From Negaprion brevirostris (Eukaryota), in the NCBI GenBank assembly GCA_030324005.1, contig JARDVH010000031.1:10966315-11030314 (forward strand): DNA of 64,000 bases. The letters are read 5' to 3'. This document shows positions 63,510 through 64,000 of this stretch, in pieces. The translations under genes and the position numbers were made by a program. Under the pieces are notes generated by a model. The model was not told the DNA's origin, searched no databases, and saw only the letters and a program-made list of their open reading frames with translations. Position 1 is the first letter of the stretch. Each line of letters opens with the position of its first letter.

Positions 63510-64000
63510 CAGCCCAGCTATCAACGGCTGTCAAAATCACCACTGCACTTAATCTTTTTTCCGTCAGGCACCTTCCAGGCTGTTCCAGGGGACATTTTTG
63601 AGTCTGTGCAAATGCATCAAGCAGATCAACAAAGCCCTTAATGTTGAGCCTGACAACAAGGAAGCTAAGAGGAAGGTGAGTAGGTACCAAAGCAGTTGAA
63701 AGTGGTTCCAAAAAGTTGAAATTGATCCCCAAAATAGTGATTTCAGGTTCACATAACTAGTGTGAGCATGAGAGCAGCTTATGCAGCAATACATGGACCT
63801 CTGATCGGGAGCAGGAGGAGCAGTCAGACCAGCAGCAACAGCACCAGGAATGGCCTTTTCTGAAACTATATACCATTCCACAGGACAGAGGGATGAAACA
63901 GAGCTGCAGCTTGTAGGAGGTGACATCCCAAGGGTGAACTGCCTGAACATGATGGAGCAACTGTGTCTCAGGAGGCTCAGACTTCCTTTGCAAGGTCATT
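63510..64000 (+). pseudogene. Harbinger transposase N-terminal remnants (two fragments)
   Basis: LSTAVKITTALNLF/PSGTFQAVPGDI (cf. LPVAVKVTxALNFYASGSFQ...GD) and RVNCLNMMEQLCLRRLRL. Confidence 0.7.

Overview
Eukaryotic, repeat-dominated genomic DNA from a draft assembly with many N gaps. The repeat complement (HE1-type V-SINEs, SacSINE1/DeuSINE-type SINEs, CR1/HER1, L2 and Rex1/Babar LINEs, PIF/Harbinger remnants and MITEs, Gypsy LTR elements, Penelope-type 3' ends) points to an elasmobranch (shark) genome; this is inferred from family recognition, not from a database search. I recognise no intact host protein-coding gene, rRNA, tRNA or CRISPR array. Every ORF I can identify is a decayed transposon fragment, so the window reads as intergenic or deep intronic. 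The best-resolved structures are a complete-boundary but decayed Gypsy provirus (17011-20650, 5-bp TSD ATTAC), a solo LTR with a 4-bp TSD inside a CR1 (48467-49473), and Harbinger transposase and Myb remnants. The most interesting signals are a minimal hammerhead-ribozyme motif (49760-49796, minus strand) in a small TSD-flanked insert, a long hairpin whose transition mismatches are all G-U compatible on one strand (28512-28626), a Penelope-type palindrome (59306-59489), and an unexplained direct plus inverted duplication (4514-7715). I cannot support a confidently novel biological system. Boundaries of old repeats are approximate (about +/-30 bp) unless a TSD is quoted.
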